NCBI GenBank assembly: GCA_964389655.1
Contig: CAYMED010000018.1
Coordinates: 1 to 58,721, forward strand
From: an uncultured Candidatus Poseidoniales archaeon
GTDB taxonomy: Archaea > Thermoplasmatota > Poseidoniia > Poseidoniales > CAYMED01
Length of the DNA: 58,721 nucleotides
Direction: 5' to 3'
Part shown: positions 9,954-19,220 of the stretch, one piece after another
Layout: the number at the start of each line of letters is the position of its first letter
Position numbering within the stretch: the stretch's first letter is position 1
Program-made: the position numbers and the translations under genes
The notes under the pieces: model-generated
The model's input: the letters and a program-made list of their open reading frames with translations, nothing else
Databases searched by the model: none
Told to the model about the DNA's origin: nothing

Positions 9954-11497
9954 TGGTTGTCAAGTCTGCAACGAAAAAGAAGCTCATGGATATGGGAGTT
10001 CCTGACTATTTTGCCCATAAATTGGCAGAGGATCGTAAATGGGATGATGTAAGGATTCTCGAGCCTGGCGAGATTGCACAAATTTGCGGTATCGACTCCA
10101 AAGCTGCCGGTGATGTTCATCAGGTCATCCAAAGTCAGGGAAAATCAGCAGAGAAAGAAGCAGGATCTACCAAGAAACTCGTCCGGCGTCGCCGCCGTAC
10201 ATCAGTAACTCGACGGGCCACGCAAAATCCAATCGAAGCATATGATGCAGAATTGAAGTTAAAGGGGTTTGAAGAAGAACATTGTGATGATCCACTATAT
10301 GGGAAGTTACGTGAGGCTGATTCTGCAAGAGATGGCCCCCCCCTCCCTCAGAAAGTTATCAGTGATCTTGTTGGGGGAATTCGTCGAATTCGGCCCAAGG
10401 CCCGGGGGACAAAAGCGCAAATTGATGCCATTCTATCTGAAGCCCACCATGCATTTGATCGTGCACGAATTGATCCATATGAGGCTGCGGGAATTATCAC
10501 AGCGCAGTCAGTTGGGGAACCAGGGACTCAGATGACAATGCGGACGTTCCACTATGCTGGTGTTGCAACAGTCAATGTTACTCAAGGGCTTCCAAGAATT
10601 ATTGAAATTGTTGATGCTCGTAAAGCTCCTTCTACGCCAACAATGCGAATTTACCTAGAAGAACCACACAATATGGATCCAGATGTAGCTAAAAAATTAG
10701 CTCCTCAACTTGAGGTTACAACAACCCAAATGATCGCAAATATTGATACCGTAGTCGCGCAAAGATTCATCCGCGTGAAAATGATACCTTCAGAACTCAA
10801 GAAACGTGGCATGGATGGTCGTTATGTGAGAGAGAAACTTGAAGCATCTTTGCGAATATACATTGAACCAGATAATGAGTCGAAACCAAAGCAGCTGACG
10901 ATTATCCCGGGTAGAAAGAATTCTGATGATGTAGATAACAATGCATCCTATACTGACCTTCTCCAGTTGGAGGAGAAATTGCGGGATATCCGCCTCAAGG
11001 GTATTCCTGGTATCGAGCGTGCACAAGTGAATCCCGATGAGCGAACTGGTGAATACTTCATCTCTACAATCGGCTCAAATCTTTCCCGAGTCAGCGAGAT
11101 TGAAGGAGTGAATAGGGCTAGAACATATACAAATAATATCATTGAGATTGAGCAATTTTTGGGTATTGAAGCGGCACGCCAAGCAATCATCAATGAGATT
11201 GAACTGACCCTCCATGGTGCCGGTTTGAATGTCGATTCACGGCATTTGCTCCTTGTTTCTGATGTCATGACAAGTGAGGCAGAGGTGCGCGCAATTGGAC
11301 GACATGGCGTAAGTGGTACAAAGCACAGTATTTTAGCACGTGCAGCTTTCGAAATCACTGTAAACCACTTACTCAAAGCAGCAGTAGTTGGCGAGCGTGA
11401 TGCGCTTTCAGGAGTTGCGGAAAACATCATTGTTGGGCAGCCAATATCACTAGGAACGGGAAGTGTTGATCTATACTATATTCCGGATGAGGCATAG
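9953..11497 (+). CDS. rpoA2: RNA polymerase subunit A'' with an N-terminal extension
   Basis: [52 protein letters not shown]. Confidence 0.97.
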   Translation: MVVKSATKKKLMDMGVPDYFAHKLAEDRKWDDVRILEPGEIAQICGIDSKAAGDVHQVIQSQGKSAEKEAGSTKKLVRRRRRTSVTRRATQNPIEAYDAELKLKGFEEEHCDDPLYGKLREADSARDGPPLPQKVISDLVGGIRRIRPKARGTKAQIDAILSEAHHAFDRARIDPYEAAGIITAQSVGEPGTQMTMRTFHYAGVATVNVTQGLPRIIEIVDARKAPSTPTMRIYLEEPHNMDPDVAKKLAPQLEVTTTQMIANIDTVVAQRFIRVKMIPSELKKRGMDGRYVREKLEASLRIYIEPDNESKPKQLTIIPGRKNSDDVDNNASYTDLLQLEEKLRDIRLKGIPGIERAQVNPDERTGEYFISTIGSNLSRVSEIEGVNRARTYTNNIIEIEQFLGIEAARQAIINEIELTLHGAGLNVDSRHLLLVSDVMTSEAEVRAIGRHGVSGTKHSILARAAFEITVNHLLKAAVVGERDALSGVAENIIVGQPISLGTGSVDLYYIPDEA

Positions 11498-11507
11498 GTG
11501 AATTAGC

Positions 11508-11804
11508 ATGGATATCATCAAAGAACTTCGAACAGCATCGGGAAATGGCACTCTTCTTTATGGCCAAAGACAGACTGAAAATGGCTGTGCCGATGGTGAT
11601 GTGTCCCTAGTTCTCGTAGCGGCAAATTGCCCTGAATCATATGTTGACCATCTCAAAGCATCGCATCCCGATGTGATTATACATCAAGTTGGGATTGTAA
11701 ACCGGGACCTTGGCCTCGCCTGTGGAAAACCATTTGCAGTTTCTACAGTCGGTATTATTGATCCGGGAATTAGCGACCTCCTTCAATTAGAAGCGAACAT
11801 CTGA
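11508..11804 (+). CDS. rpl30e: 50S ribosomal protein L30e
   Basis: L7Ae/L30e-family pattern (LVLVAANCP...LGLACGKPFAVS...IDPGISD); conserved position after rpoA''. Confidence 0.9.
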   Translation: MDIIKELRTASGNGTLLYGQRQTENGCADGDVSLVLVAANCPESYVDHLKASHPDVIIHQVGIVNRDLGLACGKPFAVSTVGIIDPGISDLLQLEANI

Positions 11805-11829
11805 TCCCTTAGACCCTGCTCGAATCCCG

Positions 11830-12801
11830 ATGAGGGGTGAAATTTGTGCCCTGCTTGCTTGGGGCGGTGCATTTCAAGCAGATGGAATCTCTCAAATCTC
11901 AGGAATTGCCTCACGTCTAGGTGTAATCCGTGCAGATCCTTGGCTAGCTGATAAATGCAAATTGACAGATGCAACAGTTTGGATTGTCGAAGATGACCGG
12001 CGCCCTTGGAACCGACTTGAGCATGAACGATGGGTCGTCGATGCTGGCCCGGGTCGCCATCTTATCGTGTCAGTTGGCTCTATTGATTCGGGACTCGAAT
12101 CGTTGTTGCCTCCTCACATTAAATTTCTAAATCGCAGTCAATCTATGGCGCTCTTAGGTGAAGCTATAGTTGTTGGGTTCCGTCCCAATGACCCCTCAAC
12201 TCATCTCTCTTCAGAAGCGGTGATTGGCCAACAGAAACCGAAGAGTACTGTTTTTTCAACAAAAGGCGGGAGTGATCGAAATTTTGACACGCCGCTCTCG
12301 CTGAAACCGCTTGTTGACATAGACCAGTTACTTGCTTCTATGGGACACGGTAACGTAACTCCAAAACCTTGTCTTCTGATAGCGCGTGCTTGGAGGGTGA
12401 GGGGTACCCTTCAGGGCCCGATATCTGTCGAAGATATTGATGGCTTGCTTCTCGATTCAGGTCCCAGCCGCCCCCTATTGGTCATCGACACCTCATCCCT
12501 CCTAGAATGGATTCCAAAACTTGACCGTTTATCCATCTCTAATTTGCGGGGGGAAATGGAGTTGAGAGCTGAACTTCCCAATTTCTTCGATGACCGCCGC
12601 ACTCACGATGACAGACTTGAGGATGGAATCCGGGCACGTGTTTTGCGGTGGTGGAGGTTTGATTCCGATTCAGCACGCCTTGATCCGATAGATGCTCTTG
12701 TACCTGCGTGGGTGGTTGATGTCCCAAATAAGGGGTTGAATGTGATTAATGGTCTCGATGGGCGTAGATTTCCTAGCATCCTCAGCTCAGGACTTCACTG
12801 A
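11830..12801 (+). CDS. Hypothetical protein
   Basis: 323-aa ORF filling the gap after rpl30e; no KH motifs, so not NusA. Confidence 0.6.
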   Translation: MRGEICALLAWGGAFQADGISQISGIASRLGVIRADPWLADKCKLTDATVWIVEDDRRPWNRLEHERWVVDAGPGRHLIVSVGSIDSGLESLLPPHIKFLNRSQSMALLGEAIVVGFRPNDPSTHLSSEAVIGQQKPKSTVFSTKGGSDRNFDTPLSLKPLVDIDQLLASMGHGNVTPKPCLLIARAWRVRGTLQGPISVEDIDGLLLDSGPSRPLLVIDTSSLLEWIPKLDRLSISNLRGEMELRAELPNFFDDRRTHDDRLEDGIRARVLRWWRFDSDSARLDPIDALVPAWVVDVPNKGLNVINGLDGRRFPSILSSGLH

Positions 12802-13945
12802 GTCGGTCTGCTTCTGCAGCACGGCGGAGTTCCAATGCCACTCGCCTGCCACTTGACATTGGACGCCGCCAAAGTGAATTTCCATATGGGTGTCCCCAAT
12901 TCATGTGGGCATTTGTCCCACCGCCTACCCGGGGTGCGACATCATAAATCACAAAATTCATGTCCTGATCAACACATGTCTGCAGACAGAACGGACCGAT
13001 TATCCCATTTTCATATATTTTAGCAGATATGTCTATGAATTTTTCTCCAAGATCAAATGCTCGTTCTAGAAGTGATTCACGTAACGTGGCAATATCATGT
13101 CCTACAACCGTCATCTCCGGTAATTTCTGGTGTTCGGATAGTGCAAGTTGCTGCGCTGCTGGCAGCCGAACATGCCCATCCAGGCTTGATTCAAATCGCC
13201 AATCAACTCCGAGTAACTCTAGTCTTGGCCCATCGTCATTTAGGGGGCTATGGAAGAAATCAAGATTGAATACGGGTCCTATGATGTACTTCTCCATGCG
13301 AGCATGTGCAAGGTCATCTTCTGTAATTATCCCGTTTGCGATCATGCTCTCGGACTTCTCATAATATTCATCGGCAGTGCTACAAGTGAAAAATCCTCTT
13401 TCCAGTGGCTTCTGTGCATGGTGTAACTTGACAATTGTTAGGTCTTCAATATCGCCGGGGTCATTTATTTTTGGAGGGGTCGGTAGCCCTCCTTTTTCGA
13501 GCAAATCGTAGTAGTCCCCTGCTTCTCCTCGGTCCTCAATACGTAACATTGGTCTAGAACCAAATATAGGTATTCGAAAATCATCCTCTATGGAGTGTAG
13601 GGGTAAGTAACTGGTGAATGAACGATTAGGGATGAAAATCACGTTCCTGCGGCGCATTTGCTCTTGAAAATCATTCGCTAAAATGTCGGAAAAGGAATTT
13701 ACTACCACTGTTTTATCGACCATCCCTCGGTGAACACGTCCTGAACCCGATCGCATTGAGGCAAAATAGTGCGAATAGGTTCTTTCCCTTCCGCGTTGTG
13801 CATATGCAACAGTTGGAAAACCCTCTTCGATGGCCCCATCACATATGTCGAGTGCCGAATGACTTGCTATGGTTCCAACACGCAACTTGAGGCGGTCATA
13901 GCGCGCTAGAATGTCTCGGATATCTTCTGAATCCATCATTTTCAT
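12782..13945 (-). CDS. purP: PurP-family ATP-grasp enzyme (FAICAR synthetase-like)
   Basis: GTIASHSALDI, PNRSF, IIGPFCLQT, DVAPRVGGGTN, MSSGRRVALE; exact start Met uncertain (13936-13945). Confidence 0.9.
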   Translation of the reverse strand: MKMMDSEDIRDILARYDRLKLRVGTIASHSALDICDGAIEEGFPTVAYAQRGRERTYSHYFASMRSGSGRVHRGMVDKTVVVNSFSDILANDFQEQMRRRNVIFIPNRSFTSYLPLHSIEDDFRIPIFGSRPMLRIEDRGEAGDYYDLLEKGGLPTPPKINDPGDIEDLTIVKLHHAQKPLERGFFTCSTADEYYEKSESMIANGIITEDDLAHARMEKYIIGPVFNLDFFHSPLNDDGPRLELLGVDWRFESSLDGHVRLPAAQQLALSEHQKLPEMTVVGHDIATLRESLLERAFDLGEKFIDISAKIYENGIIGPFCLQTCVDQDMNFVIYDVAPRVGGGTNAHMNWGHPYGNSLWRRPMSSGRRVALELRRAAEADRLSEVLS

Positions 13946-13949
13946 TCCT

Positions 13950-14822
13950 CTAGTCCTGATGGCGTTGCAAGGCAAGTAATTCTTCAGTATCTACAGTTTC
14001 ACCAGACATGAGGCGTTCCATGATTTCATCCACTTCACGACGCTCTTGTTTTCTGACCTCGTCACTTGCTTCATGTTCATCTCGATGGTCAATCACGCGA
14101 ATCATGTCCTGAATCGAGTGGAGAGACCTGATACTCATGACATATGCACGATGATTTCTATCCGCTTCTCTTTTGGCAGTCAATAGTCGACGCTGTGCAT
14201 CATCGGCTTCGGCGCGTAATTTGTCCACTTCAGCATGGATTCGCAGCATCAAATCATGAGCCGATTGGGCCAAATCAGCAGCCTCAGTGACTTTTTGATG
14301 TGCGATTTCTTGCAAATCCATGGCTGCGCGAAGGCTTTCCCTAGCACCTCCAAGTTCGGTGTTTGAATTCTCTTCCCTACTTCTTTCTCGCAGCCGACGT
14401 GACAATTCTTGGATTCGTTCCATCACACGTCGTTCATTTTTTCCAGTATGTAGACCGCGCTCAAATTCTCGTTCAAGCCGTTCTAATTCGCGCTTCATAT
14501 GGTGCACACTTTCTTTTCGCTCACCGACCTCAACGCCTTGTTTTCGGAGATCATCAATATTCGTTTTAGCCTCCCGAACTTTTTCATTGCACTCTGCTCT
14601 TGCTTCCTTTGCAGTGCGGACTTTATCATTCTCTCCATCACGTATGTCTCTCTGATTACGGGCTTCTTGCAAAAGTTCAGCCACTTGTGCGTTGAACTCG
14701 TTTCGAACACCCATGTGCGATTTTACTTGGCCATTGAATTCATCACGCCGCTCGCGATAATCAGTTGCCTTACGATTGGCCATACCACGTCGATCTTCCA
14801 AGAACTTGGCCAGTGAATCCAT
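13950..14822 (-). CDS. Archaeal coiled-coil protein (COG1340-like), paralog 1
   Basis: Long charged heptad helices with RDEFN/RNEFN/RDGEN repeats; C-terminus EIMERLMSGETVDTEELLALQ matches the COG1340 tail. Confidence 0.8.
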   Translation of the reverse strand: MDSLAKFLEDRRGMANRKATDYRERRDEFNGQVKSHMGVRNEFNAQVAELLQEARNQRDIRDGENDKVRTAKEARAECNEKVREAKTNIDDLRKQGVEVGERKESVHHMKRELERLEREFERGLHTGKNERRVMERIQELSRRLRERSREENSNTELGGARESLRAAMDLQEIAHQKVTEAADLAQSAHDLMLRIHAEVDKLRAEADDAQRRLLTAKREADRNHRAYVMSIRSLHSIQDMIRVIDHRDEHEASDEVRKQERREVDEIMERLMSGETVDTEELLALQRHQD

Positions 14823-14871
14823 GGTGTGCGACCCCTACTGCTGAATAACCAAAAATCGAGTGGCAGGCCTC

Positions 14872-14878
14872 TATTTAA
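14872..14878 (-). promoter_or_regulatory. Putative archaeal TATA box (TTAAATA) for the coiled-coil/purP unit
   Basis: TTAAATA on the minus strand ~50 nt upstream of ATG 14822, in a divergent intergenic region. Confidence 0.35.
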
Positions 14879-14952
14879 TGTCCCCTACGGGCAATGATGT
14901 CTCTTTACCACCTGCGTCAGCAAGCAAGGGTTATCCGTTCCCCCCCTAGTGC

Positions 14953-15648
14953 GTGGCTGATTACATGCTTCGTTCATCGATTCCCGGTCTTGATCGCGTA
15001 CTTGGCGCTGAGCCTAGCCCACCCTATATCACCCTCGTTACTGGCCCCCCCGGCGCAATGAAATCTACTCTATGTCTTACCGCAATTGGTAACCATCTTC
15101 GGCAAACTGGGCGGTTTGGGCTGTATTGCACAGTGGAGGAGTCTGTTGAGAGTTTACTCAGATCAACAGAATCACTTGGCATGGTTCTTCCTTCTAATAT
15201 GCAAATTACTGATTTTACTGAATTGCGCAATGACAATGCTGATATGGATTATCTCAAATTTACACAACGTATGGTTGAGCATTTTAAATCAGAACAAGGT
15301 GAGAACTTCACCACATTTGTTCTCGACTCTCTAGGTGCAATATACTCGCTTACTGATGTCAATTCAGATATGCGCAAGCGGATGTTTGCTTTCTTTGCCT
15401 TTCTTCGCCGGATGAACCTAAACACAATGATCATCACAGAGAGACATATTGGGGATCGCGCTGAATTAAAAGGAAATGAAGGGTTTCTCGCGGATGGGAT
15501 CTTGTCGATGGGAATCGACCGAAGAGGTGGCCGCTTAGTTCGCACTCTGCAGGTCGAGAAAATGCGACATATAGCGCATTCAATGGACAAAATGTCAATT
15601 GAACCATCCCCTCAAGGATTGACTGTAATGGGTCCAATTTTCGATTGA
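14953..15648 (+). CDS. KaiC/RAD55-like RecA-superfamily ATPase (single domain)
   Basis: SIPGLD, Walker A GPPGAMKS, TVEES, Walker B FVLDS, FLADGIL, VEKMR. Confidence 0.9.
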   Translation: MADYMLRSSIPGLDRVLGAEPSPPYITLVTGPPGAMKSTLCLTAIGNHLRQTGRFGLYCTVEESVESLLRSTESLGMVLPSNMQITDFTELRNDNADMDYLKFTQRMVEHFKSEQGENFTTFVLDSLGAIYSLTDVNSDMRKRMFAFFAFLRRMNLNTMIITERHIGDRAELKGNEGFLADGILSMGIDRRGGRLVRTLQVEKMRHIAHSMDKMSIEPSPQGLTVMGPIFD

Positions 15649-16460
15649 GAAGGGAATTTATGAACCCACCACCAAGCAGGGGCGGAAATAGCCAACACAG
15701 CAAATAACCACGCGGTGACTGTGCCTTGAAATAGCCCTAGGTATGGATATGTCCACATTACGAAAACAGCGTATGCGGCTACTGAGGAGGATCCTAATAT
15801 CATGGGCCCTATTGCACCTATTGGAACAGCCTGATGCTGACTGATTGAAAGACTCACCATTGTTGTAAGAAATATGGCAGGGAATATTGAGATAATACCC
15901 GCAGTTATTGGGTATCCCATGCTCCCAACCCAGACACAGCAGGAGATGGCAATACCTGCTATACTACCTCGTGCCAAAAGAACTCGTAACTTCACAGTGT
16001 TTGTGCCAATTGGTGAGGGATGTGAATTCTTGCTTGAGACTAACCCTGTGAATACCAACGCAAATGGACCAGTGAGTGCTACTTCCATCTCGTTCAGCAT
16101 TTCAAATGCGAAAGCATGGAGGATCCACACCACACATATGGCGCCAAGGATCCATGCTGAAAGACTCACTGAAATTGCTCTTATGAGATTTGATTTTCCG
16201 TTTCTCGTTGTCTGAAGTGCCACGTGTTTCCATACAAGAAGAAATATCGCATTCACTAATATCCCAGCAGGTATTGCAGCCATCGCCCTTTGAAATACAG
16301 GACCTCCTGATATGAGGTATAAACCGACTGCTGCTGGAATGATTGTTGTAGGTACAGTCCCAAGGATCCCTCCTCTTCGCCCCCCAAAACGCTCAATGGC
16401 TACAGTAATACCTATGGCGGCTAATGCCGCAGTTAGCCCGCTTACAATGATCAAGTTCAT
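15612..16460 (-). CDS. Polytopic membrane protein with an internal duplication (DUF3147-like)
   Basis: About 8 TM segments; GGILGTVPTT and AGIISIFPAI are two related halves. Confidence 0.7.
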   Translation of the reverse strand: MNLIIVSGLTAALAAIGITVAIERFGGRRGGILGTVPTTIIPAAVGLYLISGGPVFQRAMAAIPAGILVNAIFLLVWKHVALQTTRNGKSNLIRAISVSLSAWILGAICVVWILHAFAFEMLNEMEVALTGPFALVFTGLVSSKNSHPSPIGTNTVKLRVLLARGSIAGIAISCCVWVGSMGYPITAGIISIFPAIFLTTMVSLSISQHQAVPIGAIGPMILGSSSVAAYAVFVMWTYPYLGLFQGTVTAWLFAVLAISAPAWWWVHKFPSQSKIGPITVNP

Positions 16461-16801
16461 GCAGCCTCTCCAAAGAGGCGACTTATCCGCTCTGCAGCAT
16501 CAAGAGCGCACAATCGGATCTCTCCTATGTTTGACTTGGAGGCGCATAAGATTGTAAGTGTAGAGGAGATCCCTACTCGGGCACAGACAATTGCTCCATC
16601 TTTTCCCCTCAGTACAATGAGAATGGGCGGATCCGAAGCAGAAGGGTCACCGAGGATTTCATGGGATGTTGCAGCAATCCCTTCTACCTCTTCGGGGGGG
16701 AACTCCCCAAAAATATTCCTAATCAGCCCTTCTTGGTCTGTGATGAGGGTCGCTATGATCCCATCAACAGCGGCAAGGTCTTGTAGAAGCCGCTCAATCA
16801 C
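16457..16801 (-). CDS. Roadblock/LC7 (MglB-like) domain protein
   Basis: LQDLAAVDGIIATLITDQEGL...EGIAA...LTILC...NIGEIR; probable GTG start at 16801, right after the GNAT stop. Confidence 0.8.
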   Translation of the reverse strand: MIERLLQDLAAVDGIIATLITDQEGLIRNIFGEFPPEEVEGIAATSHEILGDPSASDPPILIVLRGKDGAIVCARVGISSTLTILCASKSNIGEIRLCALDAAERISRLFGEAA

Positions 16802-16802
16802 G

Positions 16803-17342
16803 TCACTGGCTATGGGATAAATCCCATGAATTATTCGGAAGAGATGTGCTGGGCTGGTGCATTTCGATTGGATCCTCTTTGATCTCACCTTCCATTAGCA
16901 ATCCATCTGAACGAGAATAATACCCGTGAAGTCGCCCAATGACCTCCATCCCTCGGCGGGCATAGAACTGTATCGCTTTAGAATTGTCATTGTGTACCTC
17001 TAATTGGAGCTTCGAAAATCCTGTCTCAAGTAGTTTCTCAGCCATTCGTTTCCATCCAGATGCACCTAGACCAATTCCCCTGTATTCCTCATTTATCGCG
17101 AAAACGACCAGCCTGGCTCGCGCTTTGTTAACTGGTGTAACCCAAAGCAACCCTAGCAGTTCTCCAGATAAACCATGCATCCAAAGACTTCCCGCATTAG
17201 ATGCTGCGGGAATTTTGCGAAGACTCCGCACTTCGTAGATTTCTCCTGTGCTTTGAGCAATTAGGCTCCGACAATTTTTGAGTGCGTTTTCATCGATCGT
17301 AGAAGGCAATGGGGAGGGGGTCCAGAGTAAGTTACTATGCAT
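16803..17342 (-). CDS. GNAT acetyltransferase (RimI-like)
   Basis: FAINEEYRGIGLG, LEVHNDNSKAIQFYARRG, GYY. Confidence 0.85.
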   Translation of the reverse strand: MHSNLLWTPSPLPSTIDENALKNCRSLIAQSTGEIYEVRSLRKIPAASNAGSLWMHGLSGELLGLLWVTPVNKARARLVVFAINEEYRGIGLGASGWKRMAEKLLETGFSKLQLEVHNDNSKAIQFYARRGMEVIGRLHGYYSRSDGLLMEGEIKEDPIEMHQPSTSLPNNSWDLSHSQ

Positions 17343-17344
17343 AC

Positions 17345-18361
17345 TTATCTTTCCAAATCAGAATCCCTTCTCCCTGAATTTCCCTCAGCACGGCCCACTC
17401 TCCCCCTCCCGCGCAATGCACCCGTTGATCGCCTGCGTGGTGGGGGCGCTGGTGTACTTCTTTTTGCAGGAGACAGGGTCTCAGATTTTCCAGTTGGCAT
17501 TCGTTTAGCGTTAACCAATTTCGTTAATTCCTCAAAATCTAAAGTCTTACCAGCAGCCATTCGTTCTTGCAGTGCATCTAATTCTCTGTCATTCCGGCGT
17601 GAATATTGATGAGTCTTCCCTGTTGTACGGTCAAGGATTCGCAAATATGCTTTAAGCCGGCCAATTTCTCTTCTGAGTGCCTTCCCATCTTTATGCATCG
17701 TGTTGATCTCGCCTTTCATTTGGTCGATTTTATGGTTTAGTGATCGGACACCTTTCCAACTGACATCATCCTTTTGGAGTATTTCACTACTCTCGATTTT
17801 AAGTGCCTCTTCATTCTCAATCTCTTCAGTCAGGACAGATATTCGACTTCTCGCATCACGTATCACTTGAAACAACCTTACAATTTCTGAGTGAGCTCGA
17901 TCTCCCACTTCTTTGTGTCTTCGTTCAGCCTTGAGCCGCAACAAATCACTGAGTATGCCAATTTCATCCTTGAGAGAAACCGGCTCATTATCTCCTTGCC
18001 TACACAAGACATCTTCAAGCATCTGTATCCGCTCATCCAAACGTGGTATCGGTAAGGGGACAAGCGCATTAACGCGATCACGAACTTTTTTTGCTCCTCC
18101 TAATTGCGCACGCGCTAATCTGATTTCCTTTCGCATTTGGCCCAGTTCTGCACTCGATGGATCAGTGTTACGCAAAGTAGTTCGTGCTTCTTTCGCCCTA
18201 TTGATCGTTTTTCTTCGTTCCTGCTCTCTTTCACGACGGTGCGTACCAAGGCTTGCGTTCTGCTTTTCAAGATCGGATAACTTTGCTTCTATTGTGCCTC
18301 GACCCTGATCGCGTAAATCACCGAAAAGGTCACTTTTGCCTTTTTCTTGACCCAAATTCAC
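17345..18361 (-). CDS. Archaeal coiled-coil protein (COG1340-like), paralog 2, with a basic Pro-rich tail
   Basis: RDRVN; C-terminal ALQERMAAGKTLDFEELTKL resembles the paralog 1 tail. Confidence 0.75.
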   Translation of the reverse strand: MNLGQEKGKSDLFGDLRDQGRGTIEAKLSDLEKQNASLGTHRREREQERRKTINRAKEARTTLRNTDPSSAELGQMRKEIRLARAQLGGAKKVRDRVNALVPLPIPRLDERIQMLEDVLCRQGDNEPVSLKDEIGILSDLLRLKAERRHKEVGDRAHSEIVRLFQVIRDARSRISVLTEEIENEEALKIESSEILQKDDVSWKGVRSLNHKIDQMKGEINTMHKDGKALRREIGRLKAYLRILDRTTGKTHQYSRRNDRELDALQERMAAGKTLDFEELTKLVNAKRMPTGKSETLSPAKRSTPAPPPRRRSTGALRGRGRVGRAEGNSGRRDSDLER

Positions 18362-19128
18362 TCCTCCTCGGATACCAACATCTCTTCGACAATTCCTGTA
18401 AATTCTCTTATCCCTAAAAAGATCTCATTTTCATCATTTAGTCCCTGTTCAAGGGCGGAGGTCCAATATTCTAATGCATCTGGGCTGTTTCTTCGAATGG
18501 CTAGTAGTCGTGCATGTAGTTGCCTATTTCTCTCCAATTCAGCAGTCAGATTCCTCATTTCCTGATGGAATGGCTCAGATGACTTGGCTAGGGCAACCAT
18601 TTGTTCATGCAATGCCTGGGCTGTTTCATGCGCATTTCTGAGTTTTTCATGCTCATTACTCAGTGTTTTGTGTTCAGGGTGTTTCTTGTTTCGCTCATTA
18701 ACCCACTCCTCGTGACGATGGATAAGGTCGCGCATTTCTTTGAACAAAGTTCGCTCACGGTCTCGTGAAAGACTCTTTGTCTCAATTGTTGATTCAATAC
18801 GGACCAATTCTTTCTCAAGCCGATCTCTTGCCCAACGCGGATCTGGGTGCACAATTCCACCTTCTTCGGCTCTTTCCCTCACCTCTCGAATGGTAGCAGC
18901 AGCAGTTCTCGCTTCAGCATGGTTTGCGTTTCTTTCATTTTTCAGCCGAGCAACTTCAGAATTGATTCGGTCTCTTTGCACAGCAGCAGCTTCATGACGG
19001 GGAACTAGAACACCCAAGCGGTCTTCAGTTTGCACTAATCTCTCGTCCAAAGTTGCGAGGCTAGAGCGATGACGCTCGATGATGAGCCTAATCAGCCCTT
19101 CGGCCTCTGCGATCTCAATTGCTGCCAA
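18358..19128 (-). CDS. Archaeal coiled-coil protein (COG1340-like), paralog 3
   Basis: QRDRINSEVARLKNERN; hinge IETKSLSRDRERTLFKEMRDL; 4-nt overlap with the next gene. Confidence 0.75.
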   Translation of the reverse strand: MAAIEIAEAEGLIRLIIERHRSSLATLDERLVQTEDRLGVLVPRHEAAAVQRDRINSEVARLKNERNANHAEARTAAATIREVRERAEEGGIVHPDPRWARDRLEKELVRIESTIETKSLSRDRERTLFKEMRDLIHRHEEWVNERNKKHPEHKTLSNEHEKLRNAHETAQALHEQMVALAKSSEPFHQEMRNLTAELERNRQLHARLLAIRRNSPDALEYWTSALEQGLNDENEIFLGIREFTGIVEEMLVSEEE

Positions 19129-19220
19129 GTAATCCGGCGCCCTCCATAATATGTGGTAATGCTTGCGGCGACCTTGTTTGAGCCGATGGCGTCAAAGAGG
19201 CCTAAAGAGAGCGAGGGCTA

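Noticed and set aside
3124-11430. Numerous short antisense and alternate-frame ORFs within RNAP and other core genes
   Set aside because: Shadow ORFs of long conserved genes, with no motifs or SD support
14953-15648. Circadian clock KaiC
   Set aside because: Single domain, no KaiA/KaiB nearby; belongs to the generic archaeal KaiC/RAD55-like group
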